A stretch of DNA of 64,000 bases from a virus. Both the position numbers and the translations under genes were made by a program. Below, one piece after another: positions 21,712 to 31,890 of this stretch; the first letter of the stretch is position 1; each line of letters opens with the position of its first letter. Location of the stretch: IMG/VR virus record IMGVR_UViG_3300010430_000003, positions 1 to 64,000 of that record; one strand, 5' to 3'. The notes beneath the pieces were generated by a model. It was given only the letters and a program-made list of their open reading frames with translations. It did no database searches and had not been told where the DNA came from.

Positions 21712-22341
21712 ATGTTTAAAAAAATAATATTATTATTAATGATAATTGTGATCTCATCATGTGGGCTATGTCAGCAAACACTTGATCTGCCAGATACAAA
21801 AGAGCCAACTGTAGAAATTATTACAGATGAAGATAATGCAGATAGAGGAGTGCTATTATATAAATCTCTTCCTGTTGAAGTAGATAATTTTGTTGAAGAG
21901 CAGAAAGAAGAGGTCTGCGAGTTTGAAGTTGAAAGATATACTTCTGAAACAATAGAGATTAAAAGGAATGCAGTTCAGGGTGTTTATGTTAATTTAAACG
22001 AAGAGTTTAAGGAAAAAATACTTTACTGGGCAAGAACCAAGGCCCGCCAATCGAAATATGTTTTTGTTAAAGACAATCTTCTTTATGTTGCAGCAGGATC
22101 GCCGTTAAATTTTATTGACTGGGCAATTGTAGATATTGATAATCAAGATATTCTATGGGGCGAAGACTTTTTTGAATATGGAAAAAGAATGAATTTTGAT
22201 GGAACCATCAACCTTCGAGAGTATTTCACAGAACAAGAAATTATATTCAATGTGGAAGGAAGAGGTAAATCCCCCGGTCAAAGAACTCATGTTGGTTTTT
22301 ATATTGATTTTCTGTTTTTAAGTAATTGTGAAGAAACTTAA
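21712..22341 (+). CDS. predicted lipoprotein
   Basis: 209 aa with an AGGAGAAAG SD. The N-terminus 'MFKKIILLLMIIVISSC' has a basic n-region, a hydrophobic core and a lipobox-like I-S-S-C. Confidence 0.6.
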   Translation: MFKKIILLLMIIVISSCGLCQQTLDLPDTKEPTVEIITDEDNADRGVLLYKSLPVEVDNFVEEQKEEVCEFEVERYTSETIEIKRNAVQGVYVNLNEEFKEKILYWARTKARQSKYVFVKDNLLYVAAGSPLNFIDWAIVDIDNQDILWGEDFFEYGKRMNFDGTINLREYFTEQEIIFNVEGRGKSPGQRTHVGFYIDFLFLSNCEET

Positions 22342-22380
22342 TAATAAAACTTATTAAAATAAGAAAAGAGGTTTCTTTGC

Positions 22381-23358
22381 ATGTCATTTTTAGACAATAA
22401 AGAAGAGGTTGTAGTAATTGAATTAACTCCTCATGGAAAGCGTTTGATGAGGGACGGTAAATTCAAACCAACCTTTTATTCATTTGAGGACGAGGGGATT
22501 ATTTATGATTCTCTCTATGTAGATTTAACGGAAAATCAATCGGATGTTGAAGGTAGAATTTTGGACAATTCTGTTGTCACAGATCCTTTACCTGTAACAT
22601 ATGGCATTGAGACAAAATTTAGTCGCAAATCTAATGCAGCAACGCAGCATGAAAATGATCGGACCTATCTGGCCTCTCTGTACAGTCTGGGGACATCTGA
22701 GCTAAAGAACCAATATGCCCCTGCGTGGGAGGTGGATGTGCTTAGGGGTGAGATTACTGGCTCCTATGCGTACATCACAGGTAGCGGTGCAGATTCAATC
22801 TGGGATGTTCCCATACCGCAGATCACCCTTGCTACGCCAGAAATTAATCTAAATATTATCAATGGTATTACAGAAGTTCTTTTAGAGAAACTTGATTTGG
22901 GTGGATTGATTCAAGGGCTAGACTATGAAGTTCTTGAGGAGGACAACGCAATCATTGAAGTTACAAATGATTATCTCCTTATAGAACTTGATGAAATCAA
23001 TTCCGTATTTAAAAATGAGAATTTTGATGTTGAAGTCTTCCTTGTTGAAAGAGATGAATCAGTTACTGGGTCGAATGAAATATTGAGCCCTTTGTATTTT
23101 GAACCAACAGTAGTGGAAGGGGATATCTGGGTTCCTCCTTCTGAAGATGCTGATAGAGATCTCGTGCCAGAAGATGTTGAGTATTATCTTGAAATTCTAA
23201 TGGATTCAGAGATTGAAGAAGACATTTTATGCAAATATACTCAACCAGAGAAGAGAAAGGGTATTTATGGGAATAGGCTAACTGAGTGCGAAGATCAACT
23301 AATCTCCGACAACACTATTTATGATACAGATAATGACCAAGAAGAGGAAGAGTGCTAA
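22381..23358 (+). CDS. hypothetical structural protein, acidic C-terminus
   Basis: 325 aa. Its N-terminus shares a motif with the 29899 gene product (see findings). Confidence 0.6.
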   Translation: MSFLDNKEEVVVIELTPHGKRLMRDGKFKPTFYSFEDEGIIYDSLYVDLTENQSDVEGRILDNSVVTDPLPVTYGIETKFSRKSNAATQHENDRTYLASLYSLGTSELKNQYAPAWEVDVLRGEITGSYAYITGSGADSIWDVPIPQITLATPEINLNIINGITEVLLEKLDLGGLIQGLDYEVLEEDNAIIEVTNDYLLIELDEINSVFKNENFDVEVFLVERDESVTGSNEILSPLYFEPTVVEGDIWVPPSEDADRDLVPEDVEYYLEILMDSEIEEDILCKYTQPEKRKGIYGNRLTECEDQLISDNTIYDTDNDQEEEEC

Positions 23359-26300
23359 TGTTTCATAAAGAAGATCTTCCACCAATTTTAATTGAAAAAA
23401 TAACTCTTGAGACCGTAAGAAGTGATTCTAGAAAAAGAGTATCTCCTCACATAGAAGATGATGTTGAAGAAGATATTACTAGAAATAGACATGGCCTCCG
23501 ACAAAGAAGACAAAGTAAACAGGGCAGAGACAAGATAATTGAATCTTCTATTATTGAACAACAATTTGCGAATATTGATTCTCAATTTGATTCTCTTAGT
23601 CAATCTCCAACAAGTACTTTAAAAGTAACTTTAGATATGCTCTTGCAAGATGTTGTGCAGGATGATAGTGTTCTTATGTCATTGCTAGACGATGAGATGA
23701 TTAGAAAATATCTTAAAATCTCTGTTGTTCAAATAACAGATAGCAATGTCTTAAAAGAATTTATTGATGGGTTTGATGACTTATCTCCTCAAGATTTGAA
23801 TATTTTGAAAGTGCTGGGGAAGGTTAGTTCAAAGTCTATCTCTCTAGAAGAAAATCAGATTTCTACTAACTCACAGCAAGAAGGATCAATTCCCACACAA
23901 AGTTTAAAAGTGGAGGGAACTACTGTTGAGGATGTCTTTAGTTCGCAACCAACACATAGCGTTTCTTTTAAAGTAGTTTTTGAAAGCAAAGATCCTTTTC
24001 CAAAAGAGTTGTTCTATGTTGTGTATACTCATATAGACATTGAAGCCCTTGCCCAGGATTTTGAATTTGAGATTGGAGATTCTTTTAAAAATATTAGTTC
24101 GAACTTGATTATAGAAACAGCTATTCAAAAGGGTGAAATTACTTCTGAGGGATTTTTATTTATTAGCAAGAATGGAGATATTTGGAATGGTCTTGTAACT
24201 CTTGACGATGAAGGCAAATATTTCAAATATGATACTCTTGAAGAATTAAGTGTTAGAACTGTTCCCCACAACGTGATTCAAGACTTCCGAGAAGTTGATC
24301 AAATTAAAAGAATTAATATTGATTATAATTTTATTGAAAGAGAGCTAACTAAGACAATTTTCTCTGGTCGTGTAAATAAAGAAATAGAAACAAGAAGTAA
24401 AAACAATTTCTTTTCTGAATTGTGTTTGACAATTGATGAGGATAATAACACAAGAGGTTCTCTCTCTTTTGATATAAGAGAATTTCTTGAATCAAAATCC
24501 GCTTATGGTTCTCTGCTTTCTGGCAACAACATAAAAAGATTAGATGAGATTTACAATAGAACTAAAATTAAAGAGCTTTTAATTTATAGAACAAGAATTA
24601 GAAACGATAAAGATATTAACAAGTTGGGAGTTTTAAATTTCACAACTGCTCCTTTTGAAGATGGTAAGGAAGAGTATGAATTAGTTATTTCTACTGGTGA
24701 AACAAATCCCGGCAATCTTATCTCTGCTAATACTGATGCTGGTTTCATCAGAGCGATACGATCATATCATCAGGGTGGTAATGTTGGGAAGCAAATTAAG
24801 ACTTATACTTTCTTAGATAAAACTTTCGAAAAAATTACTTATGGACTTTATAGATATAAAATTGTTGTTAAGGTAGAAGATGGTGCTCTTAAATTTTTGG
24901 AAGATTCTCTGAAGACATTAGAAGACACCAGAGTTACGCTCCAAAGATATCAAGCAGAAGCTTCAAATCCTGAGTATTATTCAATTTCAACTGATCGGTT
25001 TACCCCGAAATTTATTGAGGATCAGAGAAGGAAATACATCACAACTCATAGTTCTAATGATGCTCCTTGGATTAAAACCGTTATTGATTTTATAACCATG
25101 GTGGAATTGTTTGGTGGTAAAGGAACTTCAAGACTTGATCTCTTATACAAATTAGTCGCTCCCGAAACAGGAAATCTTTCTGGTATAAGAACTCTTGACA
25201 CTCTGTATGGTAGAGTGATAGATCAATTAAAAATGTTGGTTGGTGGAACATCCTCTAATAGAACATCAACTTTTCCTAAGAAGAGTGCTGTGAGGAGAAA
25301 GTCAGAGTATACTGGTGTTCTTGAGGGCAGCAGAACGTTTTATGATGTCATTGATGCTGATATTTCAATAGATAGTGGTCTTGATTTTCTTGAGTTCTCA
25401 ACTGTCAAGAATGAGAACAAGACTGGTTTAAAGACTCTTTCTGGAGAGGCTTACCGAGAAAGAGTAGAAGAAGAAACTCAAAAATATTTTCATGATGCAC
25501 AAGGTGTTGTTGATATTATTTCTGATAGAAGAGTATATGCGGAAGCATTATCCCTTGAATCCACTAAATTAACATATTTAACTCCATCGAGAATCGTTAA
25601 CAAGTTTAATGGCAATATTGATTTAACTAAAAAGAACTCTTCGCAATGGGATAAGAATTATATGAACAAAGCCTTTATGTTCTTAAGTGATAAGAGACAA
25701 AAGATTGATGAGAGAGATATTGCTCAAGTCTATGATAAAAAATCACGAGAGAATAACATTGTCTTCTTAAAAGAAGAGAGTGCTGATAAGAAAGGGTTTA
25801 AATATAAGAATTCTCGTGATATGCTTGGAACTTTATTTAAAAATGAGCAATCTAATACTGTCATAGCAAATAACAAGGAAGAGAAAGAAGAAGTGAATGA
25901 TAACAATGGTATTGTTATTTCTGTGTTGCATGATAAAAGTAGCAAGAGATTGTATGGAAACAGAACAAATTATTCTTCTAAACAACAACCCGTTAAATAT
26001 GATGTGAACAGTTCAAGAAATATCCTTGATGTGAGAGATTTCACTATTAAAGAAATAGAGGAACTACCCAATCATATTAAATCAATATTGGGTGGTACTA
26101 GCGGTCATGAGAATGTTAAGGATAATATTTTTGTTAATCCAACAGAGCGCTCTCTTAAAGAAGTTGATACTGAAAATAAATCATCTTTTGATTTTAATTA
26201 TAACTTATTGAAAGTTGTTGAAGTGTTAATTGGTTATAAACGAAATAACGATCATCGAATAAATATTAGAAAACCTTCTTGGAAAAGACTAACAATTAAT

Positions 26301-26705
26301 ATTTATAATGATGCTGTGGGGTTTGAAATGATTTGTCGATTGCGCAATTATAATGGCAAGGGCATTGAAAACAACTATATAAATGACATGTCAATTAAAA
26401 CATATAATGACTATTTCATTATAACTCCCCTGAGAACAATTGCTCCTCCATCAACTGGTGAAGGAACAAATGTACTCGAAGAGATTGAAAGAGAACTTGC
26501 GGAGAATATTCTTATTGCTTCTGGACAGCTTCCCGAAGGGGGAATTCCCGATCAAGTGGAAGGGTTTGAAATACCGTTGATTGTAAGAGAAGAAAATGCA
26601 AAGCGCGATAGAGCGATTCAGAAGAAAATGCAAGAGGTTGATGACGAAGTTAGTGGTATTCCAGCCAAACATGTTAGTACAACAGTTCTAAGAAGGAAGT
26701 TATAA
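23358..26705 (+). CDS. large virion structural protein, function unknown
   Basis: The track start at 23352 is GTG. The ATG at 23358 forms a TAATG overlap with the upstream stop and follows GAAGAGGAAGAG. Confidence 0.65.
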   Translation: MFHKEDLPPILIEKITLETVRSDSRKRVSPHIEDDVEEDITRNRHGLRQRRQSKQGRDKIIESSIIEQQFANIDSQFDSLSQSPTSTLKVTLDMLLQDVVQDDSVLMSLLDDEMIRKYLKISVVQITDSNVLKEFIDGFDDLSPQDLNILKVLGKVSSKSISLEENQISTNSQQEGSIPTQSLKVEGTTVEDVFSSQPTHSVSFKVVFESKDPFPKELFYVVYTHIDIEALAQDFEFEIGDSFKNISSNLIIETAIQKGEITSEGFLFISKNGDIWNGLVTLDDEGKYFKYDTLEELSVRTVPHNVIQDFREVDQIKRINIDYNFIERELTKTIFSGRVNKEIETRSKNNFFSELCLTIDEDNNTRGSLSFDIREFLESKSAYGSLLSGNNIKRLDEIYNRTKIKELLIYRTRIRNDKDINKLGVLNFTTAPFEDGKEEYELVISTGETNPGNLISANTDAGFIRAIRSYHQGGNVGKQIKTYTFLDKTFEKITYGLYRYKIVVKVEDGALKFLEDSLKTLEDTRVTLQRYQAEASNPEYYSISTDRFTPKFIEDQRRKYITTHSSNDAPWIKTVIDFITMVELFGGKGTSRLDLLYKLVAPETGNLSGIRTLDTLYGRVIDQLKMLVGGTSSNRTSTFPKKSAVRRKSEYTGVLEGSRTFYDVIDADISIDSGLDFLEFSTVKNENKTGLKTLSGEAYRERVEEETQKYFHDAQGVVDIISDRRVYAEALSLESTKLTYLTPSRIVNKFNGNIDLTKKNSSQWDKNYMNKAFMFLSDKRQKIDERDIAQVYDKKSRENNIVFLKEESADKKGFKYKNSRDMLGTLFKNEQSNTVIANNKEEKEEVNDNNGIVISVLHDKSSKRLYGNRTNYSSKQQPVKYDVNSSRNILDVRDFTIKEIEELPNHIKSILGGTSGHENVKDNIFVNPTERSLKEVDTENKSSFDFNYNLLKVVEVLIGYKRNNDHRINIRKPSWKRLTINIYNDAVGFEMICRLRNYNGKGIENNYINDMSIKTYNDYFIITPLRTIAPPSTGEGTNVLEEIERELAENILIASGQLPEGGIPDQVEGFEIPLIVREENAKRDRAIQKKMQEVDDEVSGIPAKHVSTTVLRRKL

Positions 26706-29700
26706 TGCCTGATGAAAAGCAGCCAGGGTACGAAAGACTATCCAAGGCGCAGAAAAAGGAAATCATAAAAGGGGGTAATGAACAAGAAGGAATTGTTGTA
26801 ACTGAAAACAAGGCTGCAAGAATCTTGCCTAGCAGTTTATTAGAGAACAATGCTGATGAAGAACAGCAAGAAGAGCAAGAGCTTCCTTCTATCTTTAAGA
26901 ATATTGATCGCTTTAAGAATCTGACAGATTCAGAAAAAGAAGCTATGGCTAACGCAAGAAATAACCCGCCATCCGTTTCTGAAATTTTAAAAAGATTTTA
27001 TGAAAATTATCCAACCTCACTTAACGGTAAAAGAACTACCATTATTGACAAGGGTAATTTTACTCCCGGTGTAGCAGATATAGTTGCGAATATTTTTGAG
27101 ACAAGTGCAGCAACTAATCCAAATGAAGAGATTAGAGATTTCTTTAGAGACCGTTCTGGAAAATATTGGTATAAGACTTCTAACAATGAACCTGTTTTTT
27201 TGAACAGAGAATTAAACAAAAGTGACAACAATCCATATTTTGATATTTTAGTTAAGGAAGAAGCTACCATTAAAATCTCTACTGGTGATTTTTATCTTGA
27301 GAAGACACCAATGAGATTGGTTCCTGCAACAAACACTTTTGCAGACTCACAAGGAAATCTGGATGTAAACAGGTGGAATGCGTTTCTAAATGGCGGAACA
27401 TATTCTGGATACACCCACACTCCTCTCTTTGAACTTGGAGTTGAATTTGAAGATCATGTCACAAGTCTCCACCGCCCATATACTGTCAAAGAATCAAAGA
27501 TAGTTGATATTGGTATTGGAGTCAACACCATTGAAGTAAACCCTGAGTATCATTTCTTAATTGATAATTTTGAAACAATTTCTGGGTATCAAGGTGTTTT
27601 AGAACACAACATGCCAAACTTATATGCTCTTGCTTCGCAACTGGTTGAGGGTAATGAATATACTAATGGTGACAAAGTTTCATTAAAGCTTAATACGCTA
27701 TTCGGCAAACTTCAAAAAATATTGGCTACGATTACAAATAATGGTCAAACTGAAATTGTTGACTTTGATCAATATTTTGACGCATGGGCTGAAAACGTAT
27801 TGAAGTTAACACAAAGCCAGAGACAGGAACTTCGGAGGAGATTCAAGTATCAAATTTTTACACAAGAAGATTTGGAGCTTATAAGAAAGAAGGATTTTTA
27901 TAAAAGATCATTATTAACGCCTTGGAGTGTTTATATTAATTTTGCTACTGATGTAACAACGGAGATAGCAGAAGTTTTACAGGAAACAAAATATAGCAAG
28001 AAGTTTATTTCTTCAATCGTTAAAAACGAAGTTGCTACAGCAGAATTTGGAGAAGACTTAGGTTTATTTAAAGAGAAAGAGTTTAACGTTTTTAATGAAA
28101 ACATCTTAATCAGTGATACAGGAACTGGTCGCCAAACTGCCAAGAAAATTATAGAACATGATATTTCATTACTTAAAACTTTTGATGTTTATGAGTGGTG
28201 GGATAATCTTGAAGCTGAAGTTAGTTCATTAAAATATGCTGCCGCGAAAGTAGAGCCCTCCGATTTCATTAGACAATCATCAGAAGGTGGTCTCGCACAA
28301 GTAGCTGCTAATCAGGAAAGAGATTTTTCTGAAGCAATTGCTGAAGCAAACGAAGATGAAGATGAAGTTGTTTCTAAAATTAGAGGTGCACAAAAAAGCA
28401 ATCAACTCTCTGGTGGCGGCATTACGAATTTTGAAGATGTACCTACATCCGAGATCAAGGTCTCCGATTATGCCAAAAAGAGTAGTGAATTACCCGGTCG
28501 TAGAAGCAAACCTACAACTGTACTAAATGAACGAGATTTGAAAGATTATGGAGTTGCTTTTAACATTGAGCCGATTCCTTCTGCTACCAATCCTGTTTTA
28601 GAATCTTTGAGAAAGATTATTTTTGCAGGAAAGCTCAACAAGATTGTGCAAAAGTACTTTAGAACACACAGTAGATTCCTTCGAGGCGAGATGTCCTATT
28701 CAGAAACAATACTGTATAAAGTTTCTAAATATCGTGTTGTTGATGGAGAAACAGATAACATTCCAATACAAATAACATATTTACCAAATTCTAATGAAAT
28801 TGATTATCTTGAATTTATTGATACTCAAGTTAAATACAACAAAGATTATGAATATGATATTGTTGCTTATCAAGCAGTAATTGGAACTGCATATGAATAC
28901 CGAAACGTGTTTGGTGAACTAAATCAAGTTCATATTAATAGCGATGGTTCTGCTGATGTTGTTGTGATCTCTAGACCAAGCATTAAGATAATTGAAATGC
29001 CATATCATGTTGACTCGGTTAGAAGGGTAGTAGATAGCCCGCCCATTCCACCTGAAGTTTCATTCATGCCAATTAAAGATGTCAAGGATGAGTTTTACAT
29101 TCAATTGACTGATGGTGTTGGAGAAAGGGTTGAAGATCCGGTCGCAATCCTCCCAGAAGACCAAGATAGAATTGAGCAAATGTTAAAAGCTCAGAGAGAT
29201 GAATTAGAAGACGGAATGGTTGTTTATGATGAAGACGATATTATCAAAACATATCAAATTTTTAGGATAACGAGCAAGCCTGAAGTCATAGAAGATTTCT
29301 CAGAAAACCTCTACGCCGTGCTGCATACTAATATTCTCTTAAACGAATTTAGATATCTATCTAATATAGCGTTCAAAGATAAAGTTCGAGCGAACGTTAA
29401 ATATTATTATATGGTCCGAAGCATAGATTATCACGACAATATGTCTAACCCTTCTTTCATTTATGAAGTTGAAAATGTTCTCAACTCTGGTGCAACTTAT
29501 TTAAAAGTAAATGTTATATATTTGAATGGTGAAAGAGAGAAGAGCAAAACCAAAAAAGTGAGACGCTTTATGAAGATTGCTCCTTCCTCTATACAAAAGG
29601 AAATAAACTTAGACAGATTAGATTTGGAGAATCTAGATAAGGTGAATAAAAATGTCTTATTGGGAGACGAAGAAAACTCTGTTTGGGATCGAGAGATTAA

Positions 29701-29884
29701 GATCAGATTGAGTTCTCGTTCAACTGGTAAGAAAATTGATTTCAATATTGTAATGTCTCATGGCATTAAAGAAAAGAATTTTAAAGGAATTGCAGGAAAG
29801 AATAAGTCAATTCCCGATTCTAGACGCGGAGAGAAAACTGTGCTAGAATATGCTAATTTAATGGAAGAAGATAAAAAGAAGTAG
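26705..29884 (+). CDS. large virion structural protein, function unknown
   Basis: 1059-aa ORF with a TAATG overlap to the upstream gene. Confidence 0.65.
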   Translation: MPDEKQPGYERLSKAQKKEIIKGGNEQEGIVVTENKAARILPSSLLENNADEEQQEEQELPSIFKNIDRFKNLTDSEKEAMANARNNPPSVSEILKRFYENYPTSLNGKRTTIIDKGNFTPGVADIVANIFETSAATNPNEEIRDFFRDRSGKYWYKTSNNEPVFLNRELNKSDNNPYFDILVKEEATIKISTGDFYLEKTPMRLVPATNTFADSQGNLDVNRWNAFLNGGTYSGYTHTPLFELGVEFEDHVTSLHRPYTVKESKIVDIGIGVNTIEVNPEYHFLIDNFETISGYQGVLEHNMPNLYALASQLVEGNEYTNGDKVSLKLNTLFGKLQKILATITNNGQTEIVDFDQYFDAWAENVLKLTQSQRQELRRRFKYQIFTQEDLELIRKKDFYKRSLLTPWSVYINFATDVTTEIAEVLQETKYSKKFISSIVKNEVATAEFGEDLGLFKEKEFNVFNENILISDTGTGRQTAKKIIEHDISLLKTFDVYEWWDNLEAEVSSLKYAAAKVEPSDFIRQSSEGGLAQVAANQERDFSEAIAEANEDEDEVVSKIRGAQKSNQLSGGGITNFEDVPTSEIKVSDYAKKSSELPGRRSKPTTVLNERDLKDYGVAFNIEPIPSATNPVLESLRKIIFAGKLNKIVQKYFRTHSRFLRGEMSYSETILYKVSKYRVVDGETDNIPIQITYLPNSNEIDYLEFIDTQVKYNKDYEYDIVAYQAVIGTAYEYRNVFGELNQVHINSDGSADVVVISRPSIKIIEMPYHVDSVRRVVDSPPIPPEVSFMPIKDVKDEFYIQLTDGVGERVEDPVAILPEDQDRIEQMLKAQRDELEDGMVVYDEDDIIKTYQIFRITSKPEVIEDFSENLYAVLHTNILLNEFRYLSNIAFKDKVRANVKYYYMVRSIDYHDNMSNPSFIYEVENVLNSGATYLKVNVIYLNGEREKSKTKKVRRFMKIAPSSIQKEINLDRLDLENLDKVNKNVLLGDEENSVWDREIKIRLSSRSTGKKIDFNIVMSHGIKEKNFKGIAGKNKSIPDSRRGEKTVLEYANLMEEDKKK

Positions 29885-29898
29885 GAGCATAATTTAAT

Positions 29899-30813
29899 AT
29901 GGCATTTTTACCTAATAACGGGTCAATTATTCTTGACGCTGTTTTGACTGACGAAGGAAGGGCAAGACTAGCACGAGGAGATAACTCTTTTAAAGTTGTT
30001 AAATTTTCACTCGCAGATGATGAAATTGATTATTCATTATATCAAAAGAATCATGCATCCGGTTCTGCTTATGCAGATTTGGATATCCTCCAACTCCCAG
30101 TTATGGAAGCGTGGACGGATAATGCTGCAAGCGCTAAGTATAAGTTGATTTCAATCCCCCGCGACAACCTTCTGTATCTGCCTGTGGTGAAGTTGAATAA
30201 CGTCTATGATGGTGCTACTGCACTTCACTCTCTTGGCTTGTACGTCGCTGCTGTGGACGCTAACACCGAGACTGATTTCACGCCGAGCACACAAGGGATT
30301 ATGTATTCAGAAAATCCTGATTCTGGTGGATCATATGTTCGTGTAGATCAAGGGTTGGATACTTCTGATGTTTCTCCCAACAGACTTCTTGACAGTTCTC
30401 TTGTAGAAACACAATACATTGTATCGATTGATAATCGTCTCGGTGAAATCGTGACAAAAGATGGCAAAAATCAAGCGAGACCCTCTTTCATTGACGACGA
30501 CAATATTGCTTACTATTTCTTCTCACTTGGGACTGATGTAGATTTCGTATCTGAGAATACAATTACAACAAGCGACGGTCAGGTGATTGCAGGACCAAGA
30601 GGTACTTATTTAGAGCTTAAGTTGTTTAGTTCTTTGGAATTAAATACTAGCGAATCCTTATTTGATGATCTTGGATCAACTACAACCATGACAAATAAAA
30701 ATAACGGAACAACAAATATTAAATATATTGATTCATTTGTTAGTATTATGGGAGCTACTACTGGCTATAAAGTTGATGTTCAAGTTAGATGGATTAAAAA
30801 GTATACACCATAA
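29899..30813 (+). CDS. hypothetical structural protein
   Basis: 304 aa. The N-terminus 'LTDEGRARLARGDNSFKVVKFSLADDEIDYSLY' is paralogous to the N-terminus of the 22381 product. Confidence 0.6.
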   Translation: MAFLPNNGSIILDAVLTDEGRARLARGDNSFKVVKFSLADDEIDYSLYQKNHASGSAYADLDILQLPVMEAWTDNAASAKYKLISIPRDNLLYLPVVKLNNVYDGATALHSLGLYVAAVDANTETDFTPSTQGIMYSENPDSGGSYVRVDQGLDTSDVSPNRLLDSSLVETQYIVSIDNRLGEIVTKDGKNQARPSFIDDDNIAYYFFSLGTDVDFVSENTITTSDGQVIAGPRGTYLELKLFSSLELNTSESLFDDLGSTTTMTNKNNGTTNIKYIDSFVSIMGATTGYKVDVQVRWIKKYTP

Positions 30814-30828
30814 GGAGTAATTGATTAG

Positions 30829-31890
30829 ATGGCTATTTATAAGAATTTAGAAAGAAAGGATATTGCTACCACAAGGCAGTTGCTGCATGAAGCAATTCCA
30901 ATTACTGGTACAATCGTTTCTGGCACTTACTCCGATGAGAATATCTTCAACTATAGTCATGGGATGTTCCAAAGTGTATACGATTACCCTTATCTGTCTT
31001 CATCAGCCAATCACTTGTTTGATATTACAGTAGGATATTCCAACAACTCATCGCTTTCCTCATCAACTAATCCTGAGAACGCCAAGAAGATTAATATTTA
31101 TAATCAGATGGCACAACTTTTAGTGGGGTATGATATTACTGGTTCAATTCTTGAATTTGACCAAGATGGAGACATTGCTGCTGGTGGAACGAAATTAAAA
31201 GAATGTGTTTTTGTTAATTTTTCAAGACTCATTCAAAAAGATGAGATCAAGAAAGGAACACTCAATCTACAGTTATATACAGGTGGAACTCTTTCTGGAG
31301 CGCTATCAGCATCAACAACTGTAACAGATTCGGGAGCGCAAAATAACTACCGCGTCAACTCTCCAGTTGGAGAATATGCGATATTATCAGCTTCCAGTGG
31401 ATTTTTCTCTGGTAATCTTGGACCAAGTGTAGGTTTGATTTATTATCAAGCTGGTGTTGCAGTGCTGACAGCTTCTCTATTTGATGTAACGGGTTCTGGT
31501 GATGCCTCACAAGACATTCAAGATTTTGGTACTTTTGCTAGTTCATCCGATATTAATGCGGTTTTAACAGGCGCAACAATTCAGCATACTTGTGATGCAT
31601 TGCGTTCAAGATGGAAAGATCTTGATTTTAACAACACTGTAGAATTGAATTCAACAATCTATTTTGTTCGCGCGAATCACAATGAGTTTAATTATTCAAG
31701 TAACCCGACTTATTTGAGTTCTTCAAAAATCCGTGTTAAGAGTACAACTCAAGACGAACCAGTAACATACATTACTACTGTTGGACTTCATGCTGCTGAT
31801 GGTGCTTTGCTGGCTACAGCTAAACTGTCAGAGCCAATCAAGAAGACCTCAAGCAATGAGATCATTCTTAGAGTAAGAACGGATTTCTAA
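30829..31890 (+). CDS. hypothetical structural protein (paralogue of 39536..40627)
   Basis: 353 aa with a GGAGTAA SD. It shares 'NEFNYSSNPTY' and the C-terminal 'TYITTVGLH..DGALLATAKLSEPIKK' with the 39536 product. Confidence 0.6.
   Translation: MAIYKNLERKDIATTRQLLHEAIPITGTIVSGTYSDENIFNYSHGMFQSVYDYPYLSSSANHLFDITVGYSNNSSLSSSTNPENAKKINIYNQMAQLLVGYDITGSILEFDQDGDIAAGGTKLKECVFVNFSRLIQKDEIKKGTLNLQLYTGGTLSGALSASTTVTDSGAQNNYRVNSPVGEYAILSASSGFFSGNLGPSVGLIYYQAGVAVLTASLFDVTGSGDASQDIQDFGTFASSSDINAVLTGATIQHTCDALRSRWKDLDFNNTVELNSTIYFVRANHNEFNYSSNPTYLSSSKIRVKSTTQDEPVTYITTVGLHAADGALLATAKLSEPIKKTSSNEIILRVRTDF

Noticed and set aside
22342-22380. An AT-only mini hairpin (cttatt..aataag) after the lipoprotein gene, as a possible terminator.
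   Set aside because: The stem is 4-6 A/T pairs with a tiny loop and no following T-run. It is not distinguishable from background in AT-rich DNA.
29899-31890. Assigning the 304-aa and 353-aa products as tail tube and sheath.
   Set aside because: I could find no sequence resemblance to the T4 gp19/gp18 motifs I can recall. The assignment would rest on size and position alone. They are left as hypothetical structural proteins.
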